A stretch of 64,000 nt of DNA from Pseudomonadales bacterium (GCA_041682035.1 JBFKKR010000001.1:2792-66791); one strand, 5' to 3'. Positions 25,776 through 36,006 are shown, counted from the stretch's first letter. A program made the numbers and translations. Notes: generated by a model from the letters alone, not told the origin.

Positions 25776-27386
25776 ATGCGCGCCCTGCCGCCCTTCGTGA
25801 TGCTGTCCCTCGCCATGCTGCCCGACGTCGCGCCGGCCGACCCGGTCTGCAAGGCCGGCCAGGTGCCCCTGCTGCTCAGCGGCAGCGTGAGCAAGGCCGA
25901 CGAGAAGTCCTACCTGCTGCTGCCGTTTGAGGTGCACCCGGGGGTGAACCGGGTCGAGGTCGGCTACCGCTGGCAGGACCGGAACCCGCTGCCATCCAAC
26001 CCCGTCACCCAGACGGTGTTCGACCTCGGCCTGTGGGACGAGGACGGCACGGCCGGTCCGCAGGCCTTCCGGGGCTGGTCCGGTTCCCGCCTCGGCCGGC
26101 TGGACCAGGATCAGCCGCCGGTCTTCGTGGAACGCGCACGCGCCAGCCGGGGCTACACGCCCGGACCGGTGCGGCCGGGCACCTGGCACGTGGAGCTGGG
26201 CGTCGCAGCGCTGAACCAGGCCGGCGCCGACTGGCAGGTCGAGATCCGCTGCCAGGCCGCTGACTCCGGCGGGCAGCAGCCGAAACCGGACCCGGTCGAC
26301 CCGGCCCACGTCGCCAACCCGGCGCCGGGCTGGTACCACGCCGACTTCCACATGCATGCCTTCCACTCCCATGCGAACGGCCCCGATGGCGAGGAACTCG
26401 CGGCACAGGCGCGCGCCGCCGGGCTCGACATCCTGCTCGTCACCGAGTACGTCACAGGTCAGCACTGGCGCGAGCTGGGCGCGCTCCAGCGCGCCCATCC
26501 CGACCTGCTCATCTACCCGGGGCGTGAAGTGATCACTTACTTCGGCCACGTCAACACGTTCGGGGAGACACCCAGCATGCTGGAGTACCGGCACGGCCAT
26601 GCCGGCATCTCCATCGCCGACATCCAGGCCGGTGCCATCGCCGACGGCGCGCTGTTCGGGATCAACCACCCGACCATCTTCCCCGGGCCGGTGTTCTCCA
26701 ATTTCTGCCGCGGCTGCGAGTTCACGCTCGGCGCGGAGATCGACTGGCGCCAGGTGCACACCATCGAGGTGGTCACGGGCCCGACGCTGGCGAAGTCCAG
26801 CGATGTCGGCGCGCCCGATACCGGGCAGACCGCGCAGAACCCGTTCCTGCAGACCGCCATCGACTACTGGGAGGAGAAGCTGCTGGCCGGCCACCGCATC
26901 ACCGCCGTCAGCGCCTCGGACTTCAAGGGTGTGCAGGAGTCCGACCGGCAACGCGTGGGTTACGGTTCGTCCGCCACCGCGATTCATGCCGACAGCCTGA
27001 GCCGTGCCGACGTGCGGTCCGCCATCCTCGCCGGGCGCGCCTACGTCCGCGCCCGGGGTGTCCACGACTCCCCGGAACTGGCGCTGAAGGTCATCGACAG
27101 CCTCGGCAACGAGGGGATGTTCGGCGACTCGTTCCGCAGCGACCATGCCACCCTGGAGGTCGAGGTACGCGGTGGCGCCGGCCAGCACCTGCGCCTGGTC
27201 CAGAACGGCCAGGAAGTGCTGGTGCTGCCCATTACCGGTGACCCGCAGTCGTGGACGCTGCCGATCGCCCGCAACCCTGCGACAGAGGGCCCACTGGGGA
27301 CCTTCTGGCGGGTGGAAACCTACGACGAGCAGTCCGTGACGACCATCGGCAACCCGGTTTTCCTGACCGCCGGTTCGTTGCCCTGA
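25776..27386 (+). CDS. Secreted PHP-domain (CehA/McbA-like) metallohydrolase
   Basis: N-terminal signal-like segment. WYHADFHMHAFHSHANGPDG...ILLVTEYV...INHP. Confidence 0.78.
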   Translation: MRALPPFVMLSLAMLPDVAPADPVCKAGQVPLLLSGSVSKADEKSYLLLPFEVHPGVNRVEVGYRWQDRNPLPSNPVTQTVFDLGLWDEDGTAGPQAFRGWSGSRLGRLDQDQPPVFVERARASRGYTPGPVRPGTWHVELGVAALNQAGADWQVEIRCQAADSGGQQPKPDPVDPAHVANPAPGWYHADFHMHAFHSHANGPDGEELAAQARAAGLDILLVTEYVTGQHWRELGALQRAHPDLLIYPGREVITYFGHVNTFGETPSMLEYRHGHAGISIADIQAGAIADGALFGINHPTIFPGPVFSNFCRGCEFTLGAEIDWRQVHTIEVVTGPTLAKSSDVGAPDTGQTAQNPFLQTAIDYWEEKLLAGHRITAVSASDFKGVQESDRQRVGYGSSATAIHADSLSRADVRSAILAGRAYVRARGVHDSPELALKVIDSLGNEGMFGDSFRSDHATLEVEVRGGAGQHLRLVQNGQEVLVLPITGDPQSWTLPIARNPATEGPLGTFWRVETYDEQSVTTIGNPVFLTAGSLP

Positions 27387-27578
27387 TGCCCCGGGAGTAG
27401 CCACCCGGGCCAATGATCATGATATAGTCAGGCCCGTCCTGCATTCTGGTCCTGGCAGGCGTCCCCGGTTGCCGCGCATCCTGCGCGTTCCTGGTCAAAA
27501 AACTACTGAAATTTCAGGCAGCTACGAGGACCACGCGGAAAGCCCCTGCTTCCGTGCGGGCAGCCCGAGGACATGTAT

Positions 27579-28790
<1,212 letters not shown>

Positions 28791-28811
28791 GCCGCCTGTG
28801 CATCGACCATG

Positions 28812-28846
28812 AAAAAGGGCGGCCCGTGGGCCGCCCTTCTCGTTTC
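28812..28846. terminator. Bidirectional terminator between rhlE and the convergent gene
   Basis: AAAAA-GGGCGGCC-cgtg-GGCCGCCC-TTCTCGTTTC: an 8-bp GC stem flanked by an A-tract and a T-rich tract. Confidence 0.75.
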
Positions 28847-28857
28847 GGCATTGCCGT

Positions 28858-29364
28858 CTACTGGGCGCTGACGCCACCTTCAGCAGAGACACCGACCGAA
28901 GCGCCGGTCTTGAGCGCCTTGTCCGCAGCCTCGGCTGCCTTGCCGACACCGGCTTCGGCCTTGCCGCGCACCTTGCCTTCGGTTTCCATGCCCTTGGCCT
29001 TGGCCTGGGCGCCCTTGTCACGCGCGCTTTCGTGCGCCGCGGCCGCCTTGGCCTGGCCGGCTGCCTTCGCGTCTACCGCCTTCTGCGCCGCTGCATCGGA
29101 TGCAGCCTTGCCGTCGGCATTGGCGTTCGCCTTGGCTTCTGCCTTGGCTTCTGCCTTTGCATTGGCCTTGGCATCGGCCTTGGCATCGGCCTTGGCTTCA
29201 CCACCACCGAGCAGACCGCCCACGGCATTGACCGTGCGGTTCACGATGCCGGTGTCCGCGCTCGCTTCGGCGTTCACGTTGGCCTCCGCGCTGGCGCCGG
29301 TTTCCGCCAGGGCGGACGTGGAAATCAGGGCTGCTGCCAGCAGCGTCATGGATGCTTTCTTCAT
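28858..29364 (-). CDS. Secreted Ala/Lys-rich repeat protein
   Basis: Signal peptide MKKASMTLLAAALISTSALA|ET. (K-A-x-A)n run AKADAKADAKANAKAEAKAEAKANANA, encoded by about 12-nt DNA repeats (roughly 29117-29199). Confidence 0.7.
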   Translation of the reverse strand: MKKASMTLLAAALISTSALAETGASAEANVNAEASADTGIVNRTVNAVGGLLGGGEAKADAKADAKANAKAEAKAEAKANANADGKAASDAAAQKAVDAKAAGQAKAAAAHESARDKGAQAKAKGMETEGKVRGKAEAGVGKAAEAADKALKTGASVGVSAEGGVSAQ

Positions 29365-29571
29365 TGGATTACCTCACCTCGTGGGTGTCCGTTACTCAAG
29401 GACGCACTAGGGTAACGGGAGTTTCCCGCTTGTGCAATTTCACCAATTCAGGAACCGTTCAGGTAGAATGTGCCCTCGCCGCCGGGCGCACACGCGTGCA
29501 AGACTTGCGAAAATTGCGTCTGCGCCGGCATCGGCTACAGTCTGAACACTGCGGATTCCAGGAGTGATGAC

Positions 29572-30810
29572 ATGATTCCCCACAGCATCCAGGTCCCCCT
29601 GCTGCGCATCTACATGCTGGTCTTCAAGCTGATCACGTGGATGCTCCCGTTCCGGATCCCCCTCATGTTCGTCGGCGCCGGCGCCTCGCGGCAGATGGCC
29701 GCGACCATGGCGCACACCGGCGTGAAGAAGGTGTTCCTGGTCACCGACGCCATGCTGATCAAGCTCGGCGTCGTCGACGGCATTCTGGAGGAACTGAAGA
29801 AACAGGGCGTGGAAGTGGTGGTGTACGACGGCATCAAGCCAGACCCCACCATCCAGCAGATCGAGGACGGACTGGTCATGCTGCAGCAGAACCAGTGTGA
29901 CGCGATCCTCGCGGTCGGCGGCGGATCTTCCATCGACGCCGCGAAGGTCATTGCCGCGCGCGCCACCAGTTCCAAGGAGATCCGCAAGATGACGGGCATC
30001 TCCCACACCATGCTGTCGCTGTTCTTCGGCACCGCGCCCTTCCCGCTGTACGCGGTTCCGACCACGGCCGGCACCGGCTCCGAGGTCACCGTCGCCGCCG
30101 TCGTGTCCGATCCGGAGCAGAAGCGGAAACTGCCCATCATGAACCTCGCGCTGGTGCCGAAGATGGCGGCGCTGGACGGAGAGCTGGCCAAGGGCCTGCC
30201 GGCGCCGATCACCGCCGCCACCGGCATGGACGCACTGACGCACGCGGTGGAGGCCTATATCTCGCGCAACCACCTGGCGCGCACCGACGAGATGGCCGTC
30301 GCGGCTACGCGGCTGATCATGAAATACCTGGAACGGGCCGTGGAAAATGGCGCCGAGGATGTCGAGGCGCGCCAGGGCATGTCGCTGGCCGCATTCTACG
30401 CCGGCATCGCCTTCACCCAGGCCGGCGTCGGTTACGTGCATGCCATCGCGCACAACTTCGGCGCCCTTTACCACACGCCGCACGGCCTCGCGAACGCCAT
30501 CGTCATGCCGCACGTGCTGGACTATTCCAAGCCGGAGTGCACGCGCCGGCTGGCGGAACTGGCGGAGATCGCGGAACTGCGCGAGCCGGGCGACAGCGAC
30601 CAGGTGGCCGCGGACAAGTTCATCGCCCGCATCCGCCAGATGAACGAGAAATTCAAAATCCCGACCCAGCTGGAAGCACTGCAGGCCGCAGACATCCCGG
30701 CCATCGCCGAGGCCGCACTGGACGAGGCCCGCTTCACCTACGCTGTTCCGCGCTACATGGACAAGCCGACCTGCGAGGCGCTGGTTCGCCAGATGCTGGT
30801 GAATGCCTAG
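29572..30810 (+). CDS. Iron-containing (group III) alcohol dehydrogenase
   Basis: Internal ATG after CAGGAG. ILAVGGGSSIDAAKV, GTGSEVT, and the His cluster HAIAHNFGALYHTPHG. Confidence 0.9.
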   Translation: MIPHSIQVPLLRIYMLVFKLITWMLPFRIPLMFVGAGASRQMAATMAHTGVKKVFLVTDAMLIKLGVVDGILEELKKQGVEVVVYDGIKPDPTIQQIEDGLVMLQQNQCDAILAVGGGSSIDAAKVIAARATSSKEIRKMTGISHTMLSLFFGTAPFPLYAVPTTAGTGSEVTVAAVVSDPEQKRKLPIMNLALVPKMAALDGELAKGLPAPITAATGMDALTHAVEAYISRNHLARTDEMAVAATRLIMKYLERAVENGAEDVEARQGMSLAAFYAGIAFTQAGVGYVHAIAHNFGALYHTPHGLANAIVMPHVLDYSKPECTRRLAELAEIAELREPGDSDQVAADKFIARIRQMNEKFKIPTQLEALQAADIPAIAEAALDEARFTYAVPRYMDKPTCEALVRQMLVNA

Positions 30811-30891
30811 GGAGATTTCCCGCCGGTAGCGGGTTCAATCTCGGGAACGCCGCGCCTGCTGGCGCAGGGCCGGGGCTGGCGCGCGTGCTGC

Positions 30892-32241
30892 TCAGCCCGA
30901 AGAATTGTTGCGCGCGGCCAGATAGATGCTGTCAAGGGCTGCCTTGTACAGCAGGTTCTCGACCCCTGCGTCCAGTTCCAGTCCGAAGGCGGAGACGTGG
31001 TCGCCCATCTGCCTGGCGCGCTTGGCGATCGCGCCGCGCATGCGCTCGATCGCTGACATGTTGCGCACCGTGAACGGCAGTTCGAACAGCACCGATTCCT
31101 CCGCCGCGCAAAAGCCGGTCACCACCACCCTTTCGCCGATCTTGAGCCGGATATTGGCCAGCAGGCGGGCGCCTTCCGGGGAGAAGTTGAGCATCTCGGA
31201 GTGCACGGCGCGGTCGGAGTCGGTCCCCTCCTTGCGGATGCGCAGGTCCACGTTGCGTGGCTTCTCCTCGCCCTCCATGAGAATGAACAGCTCGACGGCC
31301 AGGTCGTCACGGGTGGAGCGGCGGCGCACCTCCTCCTCGGTCATCTCCACTTCCGCGATCGGCAGGTAACCGAAGGTCGTGTTGGCCGAGTACGAGTCGC
31401 CAGGCGTTTGCCTGGGCGCCGCCGGCGCCATTGTTTCAGCCATGGCACTCTCGCTCATGGCAGGTTCGTCCATTGATCCGACGGCATCCGGTTCTTCGGT
31501 GTCCATGTCCGCCGACTCCGCGCCGGCAGACGCCACCGGTTCGGCCGCCTCGTCGGCCGCCGTCGACGGATCGCTGCCGGGCGCCGCAGCATCCCCGGTA
31601 GCACCCGACGGCGGCGCATCCTCGACCGGAGGCGCCTCCGGTTCCGCGGCTGCCTGCGCTTCAGCGTCGGCAAGGGCGGCCTGCGCGTCCCCGTCCTTCA
31701 GTTCCTCGACCACCATGCCCTGCGGTGCACCACCACCGGAGGGAGCCACCTCGGTTTCCCTGCGAATGATGTCCAGGCACTCCTGCGTGGCATTCAGCAG
31801 AATGCGCGCGTCACCCGGGTCCATGGACAAACCGTGGACGAACAAAGGCCGGTCCTCGAAGCCCCTGGGTCGGGGACGGTCCGCAGGGAAATCGCGCCGG
31901 TCGACGAGGATCGCATTGACATCCAGCTGGGGCTGCGAGCTCACCGCGAGATTACCGAGTATGTGCACCCGCGCGCCGACATCAAGCCGTTCGGTACAGA
32001 CCACGCCGACACCGCCCTTGTTCACGTCGTACAGGAAGCAGTCCACCGGACTGCCGCACCCCTCGAGGGAGATCTGGAGATCCAGGCGTACGAACTGGTC
32101 GGGCAGCACCAGCACAAAAAGACCGATCGGCGCGGGAATTCTCCGTCCGTTCTGTCGCCTCTTTTCGTGGCCGCGCTTGTTGGCGCCATCCGAACCGAAG
32201 GTGATCGGCTCGGAGAATCGGCGCATGAGTGAACCAAACAT
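30892..32241 (-). CDS. Tandem di-PilZ protein with acidic Ala/Pro/Glu linker
   Basis: N-terminal domain: RRQNGRR, 38 residues, DVNKGG. C-terminal domain: RRRSTR, 40 residues, NFSPEG. A linker of about 110 aa is rich in A/E/P/D. The C-terminal helix is ENLLYKAALDSIYL. Confidence 0.78.
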   Translation of the reverse strand: MFGSLMRRFSEPITFGSDGANKRGHEKRRQNGRRIPAPIGLFVLVLPDQFVRLDLQISLEGCGSPVDCFLYDVNKGGVGVVCTERLDVGARVHILGNLAVSSQPQLDVNAILVDRRDFPADRPRPRGFEDRPLFVHGLSMDPGDARILLNATQECLDIIRRETEVAPSGGGAPQGMVVEELKDGDAQAALADAEAQAAAEPEAPPVEDAPPSGATGDAAAPGSDPSTAADEAAEPVASAGAESADMDTEEPDAVGSMDEPAMSESAMAETMAPAAPRQTPGDSYSANTTFGYLPIAEVEMTEEEVRRRSTRDDLAVELFILMEGEEKPRNVDLRIRKEGTDSDRAVHSEMLNFSPEGARLLANIRLKIGERVVVTGFCAAEESVLFELPFTVRNMSAIERMRGAIAKRARQMGDHVSAFGLELDAGVENLLYKAALDSIYLAARNNSSG

Positions 32242-32361
32242 GGCGACTATTCTATCTCCCGGCTCCGCATAGTCACAGGAAAATCACGCATCGCGGAATA
32301 GGAAAAATGCGAGTCCTGCCTCACCCGGACCGGCGGGCGGCGTGCCCGGCCCGGCCCCGCC

Positions 32362-33756
32362 TCACCCATTTTCGTCCGTGCGCGACAACGCGCAGACGGG
32401 GATCGGTTCCGGAAAGCCCTTCAGTGGCTCCGGCTCGCGCATCTCGCGCCGGATCGGCGCCTGCCCGTCGAGTGCATCGGCCGTGCGGATGTCCGCCAGC
32501 ACCTCGCCGGCGGCGGCGCGATCGCTCAGCCGGGCGGCGAGGTTCACAGGATTGCCCACCGCCACGTACTCGAGCCGTCCGGCGCCCTTCAGGGTGCCGA
32601 CAGTCGTGTTCCCGGTCGCGATGCCGACGCCGATTCCCAGTTGCGGCGCCGTCGTGCGCAGCATCCGGCTGCCCTGCTCGGCGAGATCCAGCGCCAGTTG
32701 CGCGGCCTGGCTTGCATGGTCCGGCTGCGGTATCGGCGCGCCTACCAGGATCAGCACACCATCGCCGGCATGGTCCTTGATGGTGCCGCCGTACTTGGCG
32801 GCAATTTCCCCGACGACCCGGTAATACCGCTCCAGGACGTTCATGACGATGTCGGAGTCCTGCGTGCGCGCGAACTGGGTGAAACCGCGCAGGTCGCTGA
32901 ACACCACGCTGAGCACCCGGCGCTCGCGCGCCATGGTGGACTGGATGCCCTGGATGCGCACCAGTTCCGCCACCTCCGGCGAGAGAAACTGGCTCATGAA
33001 CTGGCCGCGCTGGTTCTGCACCACGAGGTACCGCACGGACCCGGCCAGGTAGATCAGCAGGCCCAGCGTCATCAGCAGCGGCACGTACAGGTCTTCCACG
33101 ATGAGCGCCAGCAGCAGCAGCGGCGAGGCGATCAGCAGGGCCCGCAGGCGGATGCGTTCGGCGCGATCGACGCGCGTCACCAGCGTCACGGCGATGGCGA
33201 TGCCGGCGCACAGCAGGGCCGTGCCGAGCACCGGTGCGAAGATGGCCCACTCCAGCCCGCTCACCTGCACGGCACCCTCGCGATCGCTCATCGCGAGTTC
33301 CGGCGCGATCATCAGGTAGCCGATCTGCAGCCCCAGGAATACCACCACCAGCACCTGCGAGAGGATGAAGAGCGTGCGGATCGCCCAGTGCGCCCCGGTG
33401 CCGGCGCGACCGACGCGCTTGCCCCACTCGATGCCGAAGAAGATGCCCGCCGCCTCCAGCGTCTGCGCGACCATCCCGACGAGGATGCCGCCGGTGGTGC
33501 GGAAGTCCTCGTCATAGCCCATGATCAGCATGCGGACGCCGATCGCGAGCAGAGAGTAGGCGAGCGGCCGGCTGGTCGGGTTGGCGCGATCCAGGCGCAG
33601 GAAGATCAGCCCACAGCCGGCGGTCATCAGGCCGACGGTGAGGAACGGGGTTTCGAGGGCGGACACTAGGTCACGACCCGCGGCTGTGCGGCTGCGAAGG
33701 CGCCGGCGCCGGTATCGGTCGTGCCTGTCAGGCGTGGTGCGGTCTCCATGCAGCAA
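32362..33756 (-). CDS. Membrane-anchored class III adenylate/guanylate cyclase (start uncertain; GTG at 33666 is possible)
   Basis: About 6 TM helices, then VVFSDLRGFTQFA...IKDHAGDGVLILVG...VAVGNPVNLAARL. Confidence 0.87.
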   Translation of the reverse strand: MLHGDRTTPDRHDRYRRRRLRSRTAAGRDLVSALETPFLTVGLMTAGCGLIFLRLDRANPTSRPLAYSLLAIGVRMLIMGYDEDFRTTGGILVGMVAQTLEAAGIFFGIEWGKRVGRAGTGAHWAIRTLFILSQVLVVVFLGLQIGYLMIAPELAMSDREGAVQVSGLEWAIFAPVLGTALLCAGIAIAVTLVTRVDRAERIRLRALLIASPLLLLALIVEDLYVPLLMTLGLLIYLAGSVRYLVVQNQRGQFMSQFLSPEVAELVRIQGIQSTMARERRVLSVVFSDLRGFTQFARTQDSDIVMNVLERYYRVVGEIAAKYGGTIKDHAGDGVLILVGAPIPQPDHASQAAQLALDLAEQGSRMLRTTAPQLGIGVGIATGNTTVGTLKGAGRLEYVAVGNPVNLAARLSDRAAAGEVLADIRTADALDGQAPIRREMREPEPLKGFPEPIPVCALSRTDENG

Positions 33757-33813
33757 GCATAGCCGCCCCGGTCGGAGCGGCCATGCCGTGCACGGACCCG
33801 GGCGCCGCCCGGT

Positions 33814-35130
33814 CTACCTGCGCCGGCTGATCGGCACGAAGCGCTGGTTCTCCGGGCCGGTATAGTTCGCCGACGGCCGGATGATCTTGTTGTCGATGCG
33901 CTGCTCGATGATGTGCGCGCTCCAGCCCGCCGTCCGCGCCAGCACGAACAGCGGCGTGAACATCGCCGTGGGCACGCCCATCATGTGGTAGGAAACCGCG
34001 CTGAACCAGTCGAGATTGGGGAACATCTTCTTGATGTCCCACATCACCGTCTCGAGGCGCTCGGCGATGTCGAACATCTTCATCGACTTCGCTTCCTGGC
34101 TGAGCTTGCGGGCCACTTCCTTGATGACCACATTGCGCGGATCACTGATGGTGTAGACGGGGTGGCCGAAACCGATGATGACCTCCTTGCGCTCGACACG
34201 TGCGCGGATGTCGGCTTCCGCCTCGTCCGGGTTGGCGTAGCGCTTCTGGATGTCGAAAGCGACCTCGTTCGCTCCGCCGTGCTTGGGCCCGCGCAGCGCG
34301 CCGATGCCACCACAGATCGAGGAGTACATGTCCGAGCCGGTGCCCGCCACCACGCGGCAGGTGAAGGTACTGGCGTTGAACTCGTGCTCGGCGTAAAGGT
34401 TCAGGCTGGTGTGCATCGCGCGCACCCAGCTTTCGGGCGGTTCGACGCCGTGCAGCAGGCGCAGGAAGTGCCCGCCGATGGAGTCGTCATCGGTCTCGAC
34501 CTCGATGCGCCGCCCGTTGTGGCTGTAGTGATACCAGTACAGCAGCATGGAACCCAGGCTGGCCATCAGGCGGTCGGCGATGTCGCGCGCACCCGGATGA
34601 TTGTGGTCATCCTTTTCCGGCAAGACCGTGCCCAGCACGGACACGCCGGTGCGCATCACGTCCATCGGGTGCGCCGCGGCCGGCACCGCTTCCAGCGCCG
34701 CGCGCACCGCCGCCGGCAGCCCGCGCATGGACTTCAGCTTGGCCTTGTACCCCGCCAGTTCCGCCCGGTTCGGGAGCGCCCCGTGGACGAGCAGGTGGGC
34801 GACCTCCTCGAACTCGCAGGTTTCGGCGATGTCGAGAATGTCGTAGCCACGATAGTGCAGGTCATTACCGGTCCTGCCGACAGTGCACAGTGCGGTGTTG
34901 CCTGCGGCCACGCCCGACAGCGCCACGGACTTCTTGGGCTTGAAACCACCCGCGGGGGCGACGTTCCTGCCACGGACCGCCGCTCGCTTGTTCACGGTGG
35001 TCTTCTTCGCCTTCGCCGCAGGCTTTTTGCCCGCAGGCTTTTTGCCCGCAGGCTTTTTCGCCGCAGGCTTTTTCGCTGCGGGCCTGGTCGCGTTCGCGGG
35101 CGCGCGGCGTGTGTTCCTGGATTGGGCCAT
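33814..35130 (-). CDS. Citrate synthase / 2-methylcitrate-synthase-type enzyme with about 75-aa Lys/Ala/Pro-rich N-terminal extension
   Basis: ATG at 35130 after GGAGA. The tail is [27 protein letters not shown]. The core has [32 protein letters not shown] and GFGHPVY. Confidence 0.9.
   Translation of the reverse strand: MAQSRNTRRAPANATRPAAKKPAAKKPAGKKPAGKKPAAKAKKTTVNKRAAVRGRNVAPAGGFKPKKSVALSGVAAGNTALCTVGRTGNDLHYRGYDILDIAETCEFEEVAHLLVHGALPNRAELAGYKAKLKSMRGLPAAVRAALEAVPAAAHPMDVMRTGVSVLGTVLPEKDDHNHPGARDIADRLMASLGSMLLYWYHYSHNGRRIEVETDDDSIGGHFLRLLHGVEPPESWVRAMHTSLNLYAEHEFNASTFTCRVVAGTGSDMYSSICGGIGALRGPKHGGANEVAFDIQKRYANPDEAEADIRARVERKEVIIGFGHPVYTISDPRNVVIKEVARKLSQEAKSMKMFDIAERLETVMWDIKKMFPNLDWFSAVSYHMMGVPTAMFTPLFVLARTAGWSAHIIEQRIDNKIIRPSANYTGPENQRFVPISRRR
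35015..35083. repeat. 15-bp tandem repeat (about 4.5 units) encoding the (P-A-x-K-K) tail of the citrate synthase
   Basis: GCCGCAGGCTTTTTG/GCCCGCAGGCTTTTT... recurs head-to-tail on the plus strand. Confidence 0.85.
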
Positions 35131-35340
35131 GCTGACATCTCCACTCAGTGCTGCGGTGCGGGTGCCGCCACCCGGGCCGCATCGGACCGGGCCTGCAACC
35201 CGCAGGAGAGCGCACGTTAGCGCAAGCGGCAGAGGCTTTAAAGACTTTGCAGGCGGCCCAGGCCGCCCTCGCGGGACAAATCCCGGCGGATGTTCCGTAA
35301 TCCGGGTCGGATTCCCGGCGCTCAAATGCGCCGGCGCGCC

Positions 35341-36006
35341 CTACCAGGCGTTGGCCGCCTTGCGTTCCAGCATGGCGGTCCAGTTCGCCAGGCGGCTGAC
35401 ATCGGACACGCGCTTCTCGCCGTCGCTGCGCGGCACGTACAGGCCGGTGCCGTTGAACTCGTAGACAACCTGCAGTTCGGTCCGCTCGGACAGCGGCACC
35501 ACCTGGCCCTGGATGTTGTCGATGACGCTGGGCGCCGCATCCGGCGCCGCGCGATACAGCAGCACCATGTGGGCGAAGGTATTGGCGTTGAACGTGGCGC
35601 GCGTGTAGGCGATGCGCAGTTTCTCTTCCGGCACGCCCAGCGCCAGCAGGGTGTAGAACTTGGCGATGGCGGAATCCTCGGAATCGCCGGCGCCGCGGGC
35701 GGTGAACTGCAGCGGCGTCGCCCAGTAATCCTGCTCGTTCCACTGCGCGCTGTCCGCGGCCTGCCCGGTATTGGTGTTGAAAAACTCGTTGACCCGGGCG
35801 ACCTTCTCGCTTTCTGAGGCCGGCATGTTCTGCGAGACGAGGTCTCGCCACGCCTGCAGCCGGGCGGCCGCGCCCGCACCGAGGTCCTGCTCCACCGCTG
35901 CGGCGACCTCGGCCGTGACCCCCAGGTCCTCCACGCCGGCCAGGACCTGCCCCGCCAGTGCCCAGCCGAGCGCCAGCCCGGCCCACTTCGCCCATACCGT
36001 CGCCAT
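35341..36006 (-). CDS. Periplasmic BTLCP / LapG-like transglutaminase-fold protein with nucleophile Cys replaced by Ser
   Basis: Signal/TM segment WAGLALGWALAGQVLA. DYWATPLQF...GAGDSEDSAIAKFYTLLALG...AHMVLL...VIDN matches the BTLCP pattern GDCEDYAxxK...H...D, except for Ser (TCC, 35680-35682) at the Cys position. Confidence 0.78.
   Translation of the reverse strand: MATVWAKWAGLALGWALAGQVLAGVEDLGVTAEVAAAVEQDLGAGAAARLQAWRDLVSQNMPASESEKVARVNEFFNTNTGQAADSAQWNEQDYWATPLQFTARGAGDSEDSAIAKFYTLLALGVPEEKLRIAYTRATFNANTFAHMVLLYRAAPDAAPSVIDNIQGQVVPLSERTELQVVYEFNGTGLYVPRSDGEKRVSDVSRLANWTAMLERKAANAW

Noticed and set aside
27506-27517. Perfect 12-bp palindrome CTGAAATTTCAG in the rhlE leader.
   Set aside because: It is a single short palindrome with no second copy in the window. 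It could be chance or a small UTR hairpin, and I can attach no functional inference.
29439-29469. Possible sigma70 promoter (TTCACC ... TAGAAT) upstream of the alcohol dehydrogenase gene.
   Set aside because: The spacing between the best -35-like and -10-like hexamers is 19 bp, and the alternatives have poor -35 matches. It is not supportable without 5'-end data.
35015-35083. Regularly spaced short direct repeats that could at first glance suggest a CRISPR-like or minisatellite locus.
   Set aside because: The units are contiguous 15-mers with no spacers, they lie in-frame inside the citrate synthase ORF, and they encode the PAxKK repeat. This is coding low-complexity sequence, not a CRISPR array.
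35341-36006. A complete Lap-type (LapG/LapD/LapA) c-di-GMP-controlled adhesin release system.
   Set aside because: Only the LapG-like gene is present, and its nucleophile Cys is missing. No LapD-like TM-HAMP-GGDEF-EAL receptor, giant RTX adhesin or type I secretion genes are in the window.
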